Assembly: GCA_964607835.1 (NCBI GenBank)
Contig: CAZSLL010000003.1
Coordinates: 3,826 to 67,825 of the forward strand
Source of the DNA: an uncultured archaeon
GTDB taxonomy: Archaea; Aenigmatarchaeota; Aenigmatarchaeia; QMZP01
Direction: 5' to 3'
Length of the DNA stretch: 64,000 nt
In this document: positions 38,424 to 47,670 of the stretch, one piece after another
How positions within the stretch are numbered: the first letter of the stretch is position 1
Layout: each line of letters starts with the position of its first letter
Notes under the pieces: model-generated
Database searches by the model: none
Seen by the model: the letters and a program-made list of their open reading frames with translations, nothing else
Told to the model about the DNA's origin: nothing
Translations under genes and position numbers: made by a program

Positions 38424-39107
38424 TCATTCCAGTCTCTTCTGCTTGGCCTGGATGGTAACCTCTCCGGTGTCTGCGTTCATGTTTATCATGTCCCCGTGCT
38501 TTATGAGGCTCGTGGCGTTTCCAGTCCCTATTACAGCAGGGAACCCGTTCTCTCTCGCCAGTATGGCCATGTGGCAGAGTCTCCCTCCCTGGTCAGTGAC
38601 CACACCCCTTGTCCTGAGAAGCCCCTCTGCTATACCTGGCTCGGCGTGCTCAAGAACAGCGATGCTGTCCTCGGGTGCCTTGTGAGCGGGGTTCCTGTCG
38701 TCCACAAGATACGCCGAACCCGATACCATGCCCCCTGATATGGGGGTTCCCCTGACCTCGTGCCCGTTTCCGGGCTTCCTCTCCGCGAAATCCATGTCCT
38801 TCATGTGGGCTATGGCATGGCTGAATGCCCTCGGGAAGCTGATGCCCCGAACCTTCATGAGCAGGAGCAGCTGCACCAATGCCTGGCTGAACGCCACGGT
38901 CTCGGCCTCCTTGGTCTTGCTCTTCCTGTACCTTGTTATGGGGTTGTGCTTCTTGTCGTGGTATATGAATTTGGCGAGCTCCATCTGTCCCATGAAAACC
39001 GCAGCCCTGAAAAGGTCGCTGTGCTGGCTCTCGGGAAGGATGTCCAGCACCTCCTGGATCTCCCTCTCGAGCTCCTTTATTGTGACCCCTGAAAAATTCC
39101 TTTCCAT
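38424..39107 (-). CDS. Helical (MazG-like?) domain fused to a PEP-utilising mobile phosphohistidine domain
   Basis: C-terminal GVVTDQGGRLCHMAILARE.G.PAV motif. Confidence 0.75.
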   Translation of the reverse strand: MERNFSGVTIKELEREIQEVLDILPESQHSDLFRAAVFMGQMELAKFIYHDKKHNPITRYRKSKTKEAETVAFSQALVQLLLLMKVRGISFPRAFSHAIAHMKDMDFAERKPGNGHEVRGTPISGGMVSGSAYLVDDRNPAHKAPEDSIAVLEHAEPGIAEGLLRTRGVVTDQGGRLCHMAILARENGFPAVIGTGNATSLIKHGDMINMNADTGEVTIQAKQKRLE

Positions 39108-39156
39108 TGGTCAGTTTTGGGAGATAGTATTTTTATATCCAATACAAATCTTCTTA

Positions 39157-40194
39157 ATGAAAGAGGCCATGTTCTGGAAGCCCCTGGATGAAAACGCGGT
39201 TCAGTGCTTCCTGTGCCCACGGGAATGCAGAATCCCGGAGGGAAAGGAGGGCTTCTGCGGGGTGAGGCACAACCAGGCAGGAAGGCTCCAGAGCCTGGTG
39301 TACGGGAAGCTGTGTTCCATGAGCCTTGACCCCATAGAGAAGAAGCCCCTCTACCATTTCGCCCCGGGCTCGAGGTGCCTCTCGGTGTGTACCGTGGGCT
39401 GCAACCTTGACTGCTCGTTCTGCCAAAACTGGGAGATATCCCATCCCAGGCTCATGAGCAGGCCGTCTGAGAGGGGAAGCACGCACATTCCCGGGCAGGA
39501 CGTTCCGCCAGAAGCCATAGTCCAGGCCGCTAAGAGCATGGGTGCAGAGGGCATTGCCTACACCTACACAGAGCCCACCATATTCTTCGAGTACGCTCTT
39601 GACACCATGAAACTTGCCAGGAAGGCCGGGCTCTACAATGCATGGGTCTCAAACGGCTTCACTTCACTGGAGCCTGTCATGGAGGCCTCAAAGTACCTGG
39701 ATGCCATAAACATAGACATAAAGGGAAGCGACAGCTTCTACCAGCGGCTATGCAACGCCCCGAGCGAGAAGGCCGTGAAGGCAGCGGCCAGGCTGTACAG
39801 GGAGCAGGGGGTCTGGGTGGAAACCACCACCCTGGTCATACCGGGCTACAACGACGACGAGAAGACCCTCAGGGGCATTGCCCGCTGGGTAAAGGCCAGG
39901 CTCGGCCCGGAGACGCCCATGCACTTCTCCAGGTTCCACCCTGACTTCAGGCTCAAGAGCATTGGCCCCACGCCTGCCTCCACGCTTGAGAAGGCATACA
40001 GCATAGCAAGGGAAGAGGGCCTGCACTATGTCTACGTGGGCAACGTTCCGGGGCACAGCAGCCTGAGGACAGAGTGCCCAAAATGCAGCAAGGTGCTGGT
40101 GGACAGGGGCTCTATGCCCGCAAGGCTCAGAGACTCCTGCACCTGCGGACACGTTCTAGCCCTGGCTGGCAAGCAGTGGATCAGATTGAAATAG
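39157..40194 (+). CDS. amrS: AmmeMemoRadiSam system radical SAM enzyme
   Basis: C.LCPR.C, DPIEKKPLYHF, CNLDCSFCQN, YTYTEP. Confidence 0.92.
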   Translation: MKEAMFWKPLDENAVQCFLCPRECRIPEGKEGFCGVRHNQAGRLQSLVYGKLCSMSLDPIEKKPLYHFAPGSRCLSVCTVGCNLDCSFCQNWEISHPRLMSRPSERGSTHIPGQDVPPEAIVQAAKSMGAEGIAYTYTEPTIFFEYALDTMKLARKAGLYNAWVSNGFTSLEPVMEASKYLDAINIDIKGSDSFYQRLCNAPSEKAVKAAARLYREQGVWVETTTLVIPGYNDDEKTLRGIARWVKARLGPETPMHFSRFHPDFRLKSIGPTPASTLEKAYSIAREEGLHYVYVGNVPGHSSLRTECPKCSKVLVDRGSMPARLRDSCTCGHVLALAGKQWIRLK

Positions 40195-40221
40195 TTTCCA
40201 TGCAAAATATGAAGCGATGAC

Positions 40222-40608
40222 ATGATGTCAAAAATTCTCAAGGCAGAAAAGGACGAGGAGAACTCCTGCGTCGTGGTCACCACAGAGCTGGGCCAGGACT
40301 GGGTTAGCTGCGCGGAGTGCAGTTTCGGGGAGATGGAGTGCAGCTACCTCAGGAGCAAGTGGGGCATCAACCCCTGCCTCTACAGGAGGGGAGTGAGGCT
40401 CGGGAGGGGGCTGGAGCCTGACCCCAGGGACGTTGTCCGGATTGTCCAGAACAACCTGGCCGTGTACCAGAACATGCTTGAGGACAAGGGCCCCTTCCTG
40501 AAGGCAGAGAGGGATATGCTTCAGGATTTCCTCAGTAACCAGTTCGGGGAGCTGGAGAGGGCAAAGGGAATGCTCTCGGGAAAGAGGCCTCCAAAGGGCA
40601 ATGCTTAA
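40222..40608 (+). CDS. Hypothetical protein
   Basis: 128-aa ORF with a Cys cluster. Confidence 0.5.
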   Translation: MMSKILKAEKDEENSCVVVTTELGQDWVSCAECSFGEMECSYLRSKWGINPCLYRRGVRLGRGLEPDPRDVVRIVQNNLAVYQNMLEDKGPFLKAERDMLQDFLSNQFGELERAKGMLSGKRPPKGNA

Positions 40609-40633
40609 ATAGCGCTCAGACAATAGTGAGTCC

Positions 40634-41068
40634 ATGGATGACAAGCTCAGGAAGCAGGAGGAAAAGAGGCTAAAGGAGGGCTGGATAAAGGCCACCATGA
40701 TTATCGAGGTCCTTGCCGTTACTGAGGAGGCTGCGAAGTCTGCCCTTGAGAAGCATGTGGAGAAGATTAGCCAGGAGGAGAAGACCCTCGTCCTGGAGAA
40801 GAGGTTCCACGATTCAGTGGAAGTGGAGAAGCCCTTCAGGAACATAGAGAAGGCCTATTCCATTCTGGCTGACGTGGATTTCATGACCAGGGACCTGGAC
40901 CAGATGGTCAAGATAGTGGTGTCCTACGCGCCCTCGAGCATCGAGATACTCGAGCCCGAGAAGCTCAAATTAGACATGGGAGAGGCCCAGGGCATTCTCA
41001 ACTCCATGGCAGAGCTCATCCACAAGTTTGTCCAGTCAGGGATAGGCGGGGTAATGATTTCCAGCTAG
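40634..41068 (+). CDS. Conserved archaeal hypothetical protein
   Basis: IIEVL...Y.PSSIEILEP pattern; typical codon usage. Confidence 0.7.
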   Translation: MDDKLRKQEEKRLKEGWIKATMIIEVLAVTEEAAKSALEKHVEKISQEEKTLVLEKRFHDSVEVEKPFRNIEKAYSILADVDFMTRDLDQMVKIVVSYAPSSIEILEPEKLKLDMGEAQGILNSMAELIHKFVQSGIGGVMISS

Positions 41069-41149
41069 TCTCCCATGCCAGGTCCATGTCCGGGGTCACC
41101 CTGTGCTCGGTTCCCTCATCATCGGACAGTTTAAGAAAATATTTCATGT

Positions 41150-41812
41150 TCACACCAGTATCCTCACGTCAGCCGCCCACACATTCTTTGAGTCCGCGAA
41201 AAGTGGGTTTATGTCAAGCTCCTGGATTTTCTTGCCTTTGCCCGTATTCTCCCAGACCATTTTCGAGACCTTCATGAGGGTGAGCTCGAGCAGCCTGGTG
41301 TTCACGGGCTCCTCGCCCCTCACGCCCTCCAGGACACTGTAGCCCTTTATCTCCCTGACCATGCTGCTGGCGTCCCTCCTCTCCAGGGGCGCGAGCCTGA
41401 AGGACACGTCCTTGAGTACCTCCACGAATATGCCCCCCAGGCCAAACATTATGACAGGCCCGAACTGGGGGTCCTGCTTGGCCCCTATTATGACCTCCTT
41501 CGCGCCCTCCGGAACCATCCTCGACAGGGTCACTCCCTCGATCATGGCCTTTGGCTTGTGCTTCTTCGCGTTCCTCAGTATCTGCCCGTAGGCCTTCCTG
41601 GCAGAATCAGCGCTCTCCACGTTCAGGATCACGGCCTTTGCATCTGTCTTGTGCACAATATCAGGGCTTGAAACCTTCATTGCCAGGGGAAAGCCCAGCT
41701 TCTTGGCTGCCCTCGCTGCGGACTCCTCGCTCTTCGCCAGCCCGGTCCTTGGCGCAGGAATCCTGTACTTGTCAAGAAGCCGCTTCGTCTCCCTGTCAGA
41801 GAGCTTTTCCAT
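41150..41812 (-). CDS. acdB: ADP-forming acetyl-CoA synthetase, beta (ATP-grasp) subunit
   Basis: SPDIVHKTD, DPQFGPVIMFGLGGIFVE, ELDINP. Confidence 0.9.
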   Translation of the reverse strand: MEKLSDRETKRLLDKYRIPAPRTGLAKSEESAARAAKKLGFPLAMKVSSPDIVHKTDAKAVILNVESADSARKAYGQILRNAKKHKPKAMIEGVTLSRMVPEGAKEVIIGAKQDPQFGPVIMFGLGGIFVEVLKDVSFRLAPLERRDASSMVREIKGYSVLEGVRGEEPVNTRLLELTLMKVSKMVWENTGKGKKIQELDINPLFADSKNVWAADVRILV

Positions 41813-41858
41813 GGCTTATTTTTATCCCGCTGCGTTATATTATTTATCCGGAGGATAC

Positions 41859-42605
41859 ATGCCCAACCTCGAGGAGCACCCCCTGACCTGGGGATTGATA
41901 ATAATCAACGTCCTGGTATTCATAGTAATGTTCAGCCTCCCGAATCTGGAGGCAGCCTTCGGGCTCCTGTCCTTCTCGTGGGCCACCAAGCTCGAGGTCT
42001 GGAGATGGGTGACCAGCCTGTTCGTCCACGTCTCTGCATCCCACCTGTTCTTCAACATGCTGGGCCTGTTCTTCTTTGGCAAGGTTCTGGAGAAGGAAGT
42101 GAGCAGGGAATGGTTCCTCTCCATATACTTCGTGAGCGGCTTCCTGGGAAGCTTTGTTTACATGTTCACGAGCATGGACCCGGTGGTGGGGGCCTCGGGC
42201 TGCGTGTTCGGGGTCATGGGCGCTGCCATGCTCCTGAACCCCATAAAGAGGATACACATTTACCTCTTCCCACTTCCCCTTGGTGTGGTGGCCATCGCCT
42301 TCGTGATTTTCGAGACCCTTGCCGTGTACTACCAGCCTGACCTTGTGGCAGAGACCAGCAATGTGGCCCACATCGCCCACCTCGGCGGCGTCATGACCGG
42401 GGCCATGTTCTCATTCTTCAACAACGTGAAACGCTCCCTCAAGGGCGTGCTCGTCCTTGGCATCTCCGTAGTGCTGCTCATCGTGCTTAGCCCTGTCTTT
42501 GCCCTCATCGCAGGCCTGGCCTCCATAGTGCTCGGCATCCTTGACGCCCTGGTGGGCTTCGTTCTCTACACCCTCGCGGGCCTGCTCTCCAGAATATGGG
42601 GCTAG
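41859..42605 (+). CDS. Rhomboid intramembrane serine protease
   Basis: WR, HLFFNM, GASG, AHLGG. Confidence 0.93.
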   Translation: MPNLEEHPLTWGLIIINVLVFIVMFSLPNLEAAFGLLSFSWATKLEVWRWVTSLFVHVSASHLFFNMLGLFFFGKVLEKEVSREWFLSIYFVSGFLGSFVYMFTSMDPVVGASGCVFGVMGAAMLLNPIKRIHIYLFPLPLGVVAIAFVIFETLAVYYQPDLVAETSNVAHIAHLGGVMTGAMFSFFNNVKRSLKGVLVLGISVVLLIVLSPVFALIAGLASIVLGILDALVGFVLYTLAGLLSRIWG

Positions 42606-42931
42606 GGGGGGGGATGAGAGGGTTGCATACATGACCGCTTTCGGTCCCAGGTACTGGATGCCCATACTCGAGGGCATGGCCAACGTGGAAGTAATAGAAA
42701 TAGGAAGGCCCAGAGAGGACCGGAAACACTTTTAGCCCATTCTGATATCAGGAGGGAGTGCTGCGGAACTCCAACACTATCCGGTGCTTTCAGCACCGGC
42801 AGACACTCCAGGGCGACATGCGCCCTCGAACAGACAGCTTCACTGCCATTAACTGTTAAAGTGCCCTATGCGGAGCCCCGCAGCTACCTGATACTTCCTC
42901 CCTGCTCATTCGCCGGGAGGCTGGTGGCAAA

Positions 42932-44338
42932 TCAGGCCCGGGTCACCATGGGTATCCCGAGCTCCTGGGAGAAGTCCTTTCTCTCCTCCTGCTTTGCCAC
43001 CGGGCCGAGTATGTAGGGCGACTTCACACCGGTTATTATGGTTATCACCCGCAGCTTGCCCTTCCAGTCGTTGTTTATCCTCGCTCCCCAGATTACCTGG
43101 GCGTCGGGGTCCAGCTGCTTTGACACATACTCCCCTATCATGTTCACCTCGTCCAGCTTGAGGTCTGTTCCTCCTGTTATGTGGACGAGCGCTCCTGTTC
43201 CGCCATCGTAGTTGACCTCCAGTAGTGGGTTGGTCATGGCCTTGGTTACCGCTTCCTCGGCCCTGTTCTTGGTGTCAGACTCGCCGAATCCCACCGCAGC
43301 AACGCCGCCGCTGTGCATGATGGTCTTTACATCGGCATAGTCCAGGTTCACGAGGCTTGGCACGGCAATGGTCTCTGTGACGCCCTTTATTATGGTTGAT
43401 ATTAGGTTGTCAGCCACTCCGAATGCCTGGTCCAGGGGAAGGTCGCCCGCCACCTTGAGAAGCCTGTCGTTCTCAATCACGATGACAGTGTCGCAAACCT
43501 GCCTGAGCTGGTAAAGGCCGTCCTCTGCCTTGCTTATCCTCGCGCCCTCTATCTTGAAGGGCATGGTGCAGCACCCGATAACGATGCAGCCAAGCTCCTT
43601 GGCAATCCTCGCTATCTCAGGGGCCGCTCCTGTCCCTGTTCCTCCGCCAAGCCCTGTCACCAGGTATATCATGTCCGTGTCAGAGAGGGCCTTCTTAATG
43701 TCTTTCTCAGACTCCTCTGCCGCCCTCTTTCCCACGTCCGGGTATCCGCCTGCTCCCAGGCCCCTGGTGAGCTCCTTCCCTATGAGCATCTTGCTGTGGG
43801 CCTTGGATATTGACAGGTGCTTGACGTCTGTGTTCACCGCCAGTGTGGAGGCTCCCTTGATTCCCATCTCAGTGAGCCTGCTTATGCAGTTGTTTCCTCC
43901 GCCTCCTGCTCCTATGATGGTTATCTTTGCCTCCTTCACGCTGAGCCCGAACTCGTCCTCCAGGCTCTTTGTCTGCTCCTCTCCAGTGAAGTTCGCGTAC
44001 ACCGGGGCATCGCTCTGCGCCTGCTGGGGCTGCTGTGCTGGCTGCCCGTATCCCTGGCCCTGCTGAGCCGGGGGCGTGAACTGCGCCAGTCCCTGGGCAG
44101 GCGTGTGCTGCGGCTCCTGCGCCGGCGGTGGCTGCGCCTCGTGTGCCGGTTCCTGTGGTTGCTGCTGGAAAGGGTCTCCTCTTTCAGGCTCCGGTGTGGG
44201 CATCTGGTATGGCATGCCCTGTGGAGGGCCCTGCGGCTCAGGCTCCTGTGCCTGCTGCGAACCCTGATACTCAGGGCTCTCAGCCTCCTTCTTTTCCCTG
44301 AAAGACCTTTCAAAAACTTCTTGCACCAATGACTCCAT
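42932..44338 (-). CDS. ftsZ: Cell division protein FtsZ with long Gln/Pro-rich N-terminal extension
   Basis: GAGGGGNN, GGGTGTG, NLDYAD. Confidence 0.96.
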   Translation of the reverse strand: MESLVQEVFERSFREKKEAESPEYQGSQQAQEPEPQGPPQGMPYQMPTPEPERGDPFQQQPQEPAHEAQPPPAQEPQHTPAQGLAQFTPPAQQGQGYGQPAQQPQQAQSDAPVYANFTGEEQTKSLEDEFGLSVKEAKITIIGAGGGGNNCISRLTEMGIKGASTLAVNTDVKHLSISKAHSKMLIGKELTRGLGAGGYPDVGKRAAEESEKDIKKALSDTDMIYLVTGLGGGTGTGAAPEIARIAKELGCIVIGCCTMPFKIEGARISKAEDGLYQLRQVCDTVIVIENDRLLKVAGDLPLDQAFGVADNLISTIIKGVTETIAVPSLVNLDYADVKTIMHSGGVAAVGFGESDTKNRAEEAVTKAMTNPLLEVNYDGGTGALVHITGGTDLKLDEVNMIGEYVSKQLDPDAQVIWGARINNDWKGKLRVITIITGVKSPYILGPVAKQEERKDFSQELGIPMVTRA

Positions 44339-44628
44339 TTCTCTCCCTCCTGTTTTTAATCGCTTCCCTAAACGTTTTATCCAAACCTATGTTTTGGAAA
44401 GGCAGTTTTCGGGAACCGAAATCATTTTTAAATACCTTTTCCTAGTTTCATCAACATTCTTCAGAATAAGACAGAATCCCCAAATTCACCTGGCAGAAAC
44501 TCAATTCCCCAATTGAGTTGTGCGCCACTGCTTCTGATTCCCCCGAATCAGAGTTAACTGATACACTTGGTTCCCCAACCAAGCGATATTATATTCAATT
44601 CCTGATTTATAAAAGAATACGTAGCCGC

Positions 44629-45261
44629 TCAGTAGGTTTCCTCGATTCTCCCGCCCAGCCTCTTTGCCCGCTTCCCGGCAGCGTACGCATCGTGTTCAGA
44701 GTAAAGCCAGCGGTGAAATTCCTTCACTGTCCGGATGCCCTTCCTGGCCTTCCTTAAGCCATCAAGGCTCTTTCTCTCCCTGGTCCGCTTGAGCTCCAGC
44801 AGCTCTTTGTCCATTCCGGTATCAGGAGCCTCCTCAAAACCCAGCACTATGCCCGGGGAGGGCTTCAGGCCGAACACCCACTCAAATGCCTCCCTTGTCC
44901 GCTCCATGTGGAATTCCGAGGTCATGACCAGCATGCTCTCCAAGCCCAGGGGCTCAGCATGCAGGACACGGCAGAACCAGGCATTGCCAATGGTGTCTTT
45001 TGAGGCCTCCTCCGTTAGAATCCTCTCCGGCCTGATGCCCTTTCTGATGAGATACTCCGCTCCCGCACTGGACTCTGGGATGGGGAACCCCATGCTGTCA
45101 AGAACAGGGGGCTTGTTTGGCGTGACCCCGCTCAGGCAAATGAGGATTTCCCCTCCCTTCTGGACCTCCAGAGCATGGTCGAACCTCGCCATTGCCCATG
45201 GGCTGAGCTTGCCCCTGCTGTCAATCCCTCCCCCTGGAATGGCTATGGCCTGCCATTGCAT
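44629..45261 (-). CDS. YdcF/DUF218 family protein
   Basis: GGG, SG, E..S.DTIGNA, TSEFHMER. Confidence 0.85.
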   Translation of the reverse strand: MQWQAIAIPGGGIDSRGKLSPWAMARFDHALEVQKGGEILICLSGVTPNKPPVLDSMGFPIPESSAGAEYLIRKGIRPERILTEEASKDTIGNAWFCRVLHAEPLGLESMLVMTSEFHMERTREAFEWVFGLKPSPGIVLGFEEAPDTGMDKELLELKRTRERKSLDGLRKARKGIRTVKEFHRWLYSEHDAYAAGKRAKRLGGRIEETY

Positions 45262-45293
45262 GATATATAATTCCCCTAAGCGAAGAAATATGC

Positions 45294-45971
45294 ATGCCCT
45301 CAATCCCCGAGTGCACGGTCGAGCAGATGCGCCAGGTTGATGAACTTATGGAGGGGGAGTTCTCTGTCTCCCCGCTCCAGCTCATGGAGCTTGCCGGCTT
45401 TGTCACGGCAAGGGCTGCAATGGACCTTTTCAGGCCGTCCCGGGTACTGGTCCTGGCGGGCAAGGGCAACAACGGCGGGGACGGTATGGCTGCGGCCAGG
45501 CACCTCCACTGCATGGGGGTTCGGGTGCAGGTAAGGCTGGCGGGAGACGTGCACAGGGAGCTCCCTGCCCTCCAGCTGGAGGCCTTGAACAAGCTTAAAA
45601 TCCAAGTGGAGGACAAGCCCCTATTCCAGCCCGACTTAATTATAGACGCCCTGCTGGGGTACGGCGCCGAGGGCGAGCCCGGGGGAGGCGCGGCCCTGCT
45701 CATCCATGACGCCAGGAGGCTGTGCGTGCCTGTCCTCTCCGTTGACGTGCCTTCCGGGCTGGACGTGTCCGCGGGGAAATGGTTCGAGCCATGCTTCCGG
45801 GAAGCCACGGTGCTTACCCTGGGGCTCCCCAAGAAAGGCATGAAAAAAGACAGTGGGATAAAGCGCCTTCTTGTGGGAGACATAGGAATCCCGCCTGAGT
45901 GCTACCAGCGCATCGGCATCAATGCCCATCACATGTTCAGAAAAGGGTGCTATGAAGAAATAAAGGGCTGA
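45294..45971 (+). CDS. nnrE: NAD(P)H-hydrate epimerase (YjeF N-terminal domain)
   Basis: LMELAG, GKGNNGGDG, DALLGYG, DVPSG. Confidence 0.92.
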   Translation: MPSIPECTVEQMRQVDELMEGEFSVSPLQLMELAGFVTARAAMDLFRPSRVLVLAGKGNNGGDGMAAARHLHCMGVRVQVRLAGDVHRELPALQLEALNKLKIQVEDKPLFQPDLIIDALLGYGAEGEPGGGAALLIHDARRLCVPVLSVDVPSGLDVSAGKWFEPCFREATVLTLGLPKKGMKKDSGIKRLLVGDIGIPPECYQRIGINAHHMFRKGCYEEIKG

Positions 45972-45993
45972 GCGTGAAATGCCGTTAAGGCCT

Positions 45994-47481
45994 TCAGCAG
46001 CAAAGCGCGAATAGCCATGCAGGCATGAAGAGCACATCTGATTCCAGCTTTAAAGTCTTCTCGGTTATCATGATACTGAGCTCAATCCCTTGTTTCCTCA
46101 TGAAGCTTATGAGTGCTGATTTGTCGTGACTCCCTGAAGCATCGTGTTTGACCTCTATTGGTAGCACATATTTGCCGTAATTGATTATTATATCGATTTC
46201 CCCCTCCTTGGTCTCTGTGTAACCAACATCTACTTTATCGTGATCAGAAAGGAAGAACTGAAGCCTCTGGGCATGGTTGAATATACAGGTCTCCAGCACC
46301 TTTCCCATCTCAGTCCGATTGTTGAGAAGGGTCTCGTTCAGTGAGCTCACGATGGCGTTTCTCAGTCCGATGTCATTGATATGTATCTTGTAGTCCTTTC
46401 TCATACTCTTCATTCCGCTCACTGAGAAGAACCTCGAAAGCGAAATAAGATATGCCTTCTCCAGGTAACCGATGTACTCTGTGACAGTCACCTTGTCTAT
46501 GCCCAGGTTCTGGGACAGGCTTGAATAGTTCATGTTCTTTGACGTGACATCAGACAGCAGGTACAGAATCTTCTCTATATACTGGGTGTTCCTTATCTTA
46601 TATCTCTTTACGAGGTCGAGTATTGTCATTTCCATTTTATCCTTCAGCATCCTGGACGCCTGGGAATACGTGGAGATTCTCAGCAATCCTGGATAGCCCC
46701 CACGAATGAGATACTCGCTGAATCTTATCTTTAACTCTTCCTCTATCAGAGATGTCCTGGTCATGTTTTCCATGATGTCTTTGTACAGTTGCTTGGCATC
46801 CCCTGACTCGATGGACCTTCTCATACTGTTCCTCAGGTCAATGCTTATGTTCAATATCTCTGGTCTGTGATTCCTCATATAGAAGCAGGCGAAATCAGAG
46901 AATTTCATTGTAGATATCACTCTTTTGCTCATTCTTCCTTGCAGGGGATTACTGGCTTCATATATCTCGGTGCTTGAGGAGCCTGAAACAAAAAACTTTA
47001 TTCTGTATTTCTTGTCATAGAGCGACTTCATGGCATGGGACCAGCCCTTCATATGCTGTATCTCGTCGAGGAAGATGTATACAGTATCTGACATCTTCGC
47101 CAGCGGCTCTTTCAATACGTATCTTGTGTAGACTTCTATGCAGTCATTGATGATATCGTCTGTTACGTTTTTCAGTGACGTGTCATCAAGCTCTACGTAT
47201 AATATCCTCTTAGGCTCCACGCCCCTGCCTATGATCTCGTCAATTAACTGGAACATTATTGATGTCTTTCCGACCTGCCTCGGCCCGGTAATTAGTGTTA
47301 TGTGTTTGCTGCCAATCTCACCTCTCAGTGCAAAGAAATCCCTTCTCCTGTAAGGCTCTATCATCTCTTCAGGAACCTTCCCGCTTGTCCAGTGTCTGTT
47401 GAACGTGACGCTTAGGAGGCTCAACAGTTTCTGCTCATCCAGCTTTGGCTTCGCTATTGAAGGGCCCTTTTCTTTGGTCAT
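45994..47481 (-). CDS. AAA+ ATPase (AAA_14/DUF4143 type)
   Basis: GPRQVGKT, LDEIQ, SGSS, GGYP, C-terminal EID...PIEVK; visibly more AT-rich than its neighbours. Confidence 0.88.
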   Translation of the reverse strand: MTKEKGPSIAKPKLDEQKLLSLLSVTFNRHWTSGKVPEEMIEPYRRRDFFALRGEIGSKHITLITGPRQVGKTSIMFQLIDEIIGRGVEPKRILYVELDDTSLKNVTDDIINDCIEVYTRYVLKEPLAKMSDTVYIFLDEIQHMKGWSHAMKSLYDKKYRIKFFVSGSSSTEIYEASNPLQGRMSKRVISTMKFSDFACFYMRNHRPEILNISIDLRNSMRRSIESGDAKQLYKDIMENMTRTSLIEEELKIRFSEYLIRGGYPGLLRISTYSQASRMLKDKMEMTILDLVKRYKIRNTQYIEKILYLLSDVTSKNMNYSSLSQNLGIDKVTVTEYIGYLEKAYLISLSRFFSVSGMKSMRKDYKIHINDIGLRNAIVSSLNETLLNNRTEMGKVLETCIFNHAQRLQFFLSDHDKVDVGYTETKEGEIDIIINYGKYVLPIEVKHDASGSHDKSALISFMRKQGIELSIMITEKTLKLESDVLFMPAWLFALCC

Positions 47482-47484
47482 GTA

Positions 47485-47534
47485 GTATATCATGATTTAC
47501 TTATTTAAATAATTAGGTATATCATGATTTACTT
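47485..47534. repeat. 18-bp direct repeat flanking a TATA box
   Basis: GTATATCATGATTTACTT at 47485-47502 and 47517-47534. Confidence 0.8.
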
Positions 47535-47670
47535 TTTTAGGTTATATGAGTAAATTATACTATACCTGGCATGTCCTTTTGCTGCAGAAACAATCTTGGT
47601 TATGAGAACATGAATATAATTGACTCTCCTGGATAGCTTTTCACAGGTGAGAAACAGGTACAGTGCTAGC

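Noticed and set aside
38728..39156. Long N-terminal extension of the radical SAM ORF
   Set aside because: Antisense to the 38424-39107 gene; family-like sequence begins at ATG 39157.
42746..42893. SAM riboswitch, 5S rRNA or RNase P RNA identity for the structure after ftsZ
   Set aside because: Signature sequences of these families are not present; kept only as an unknown structure.
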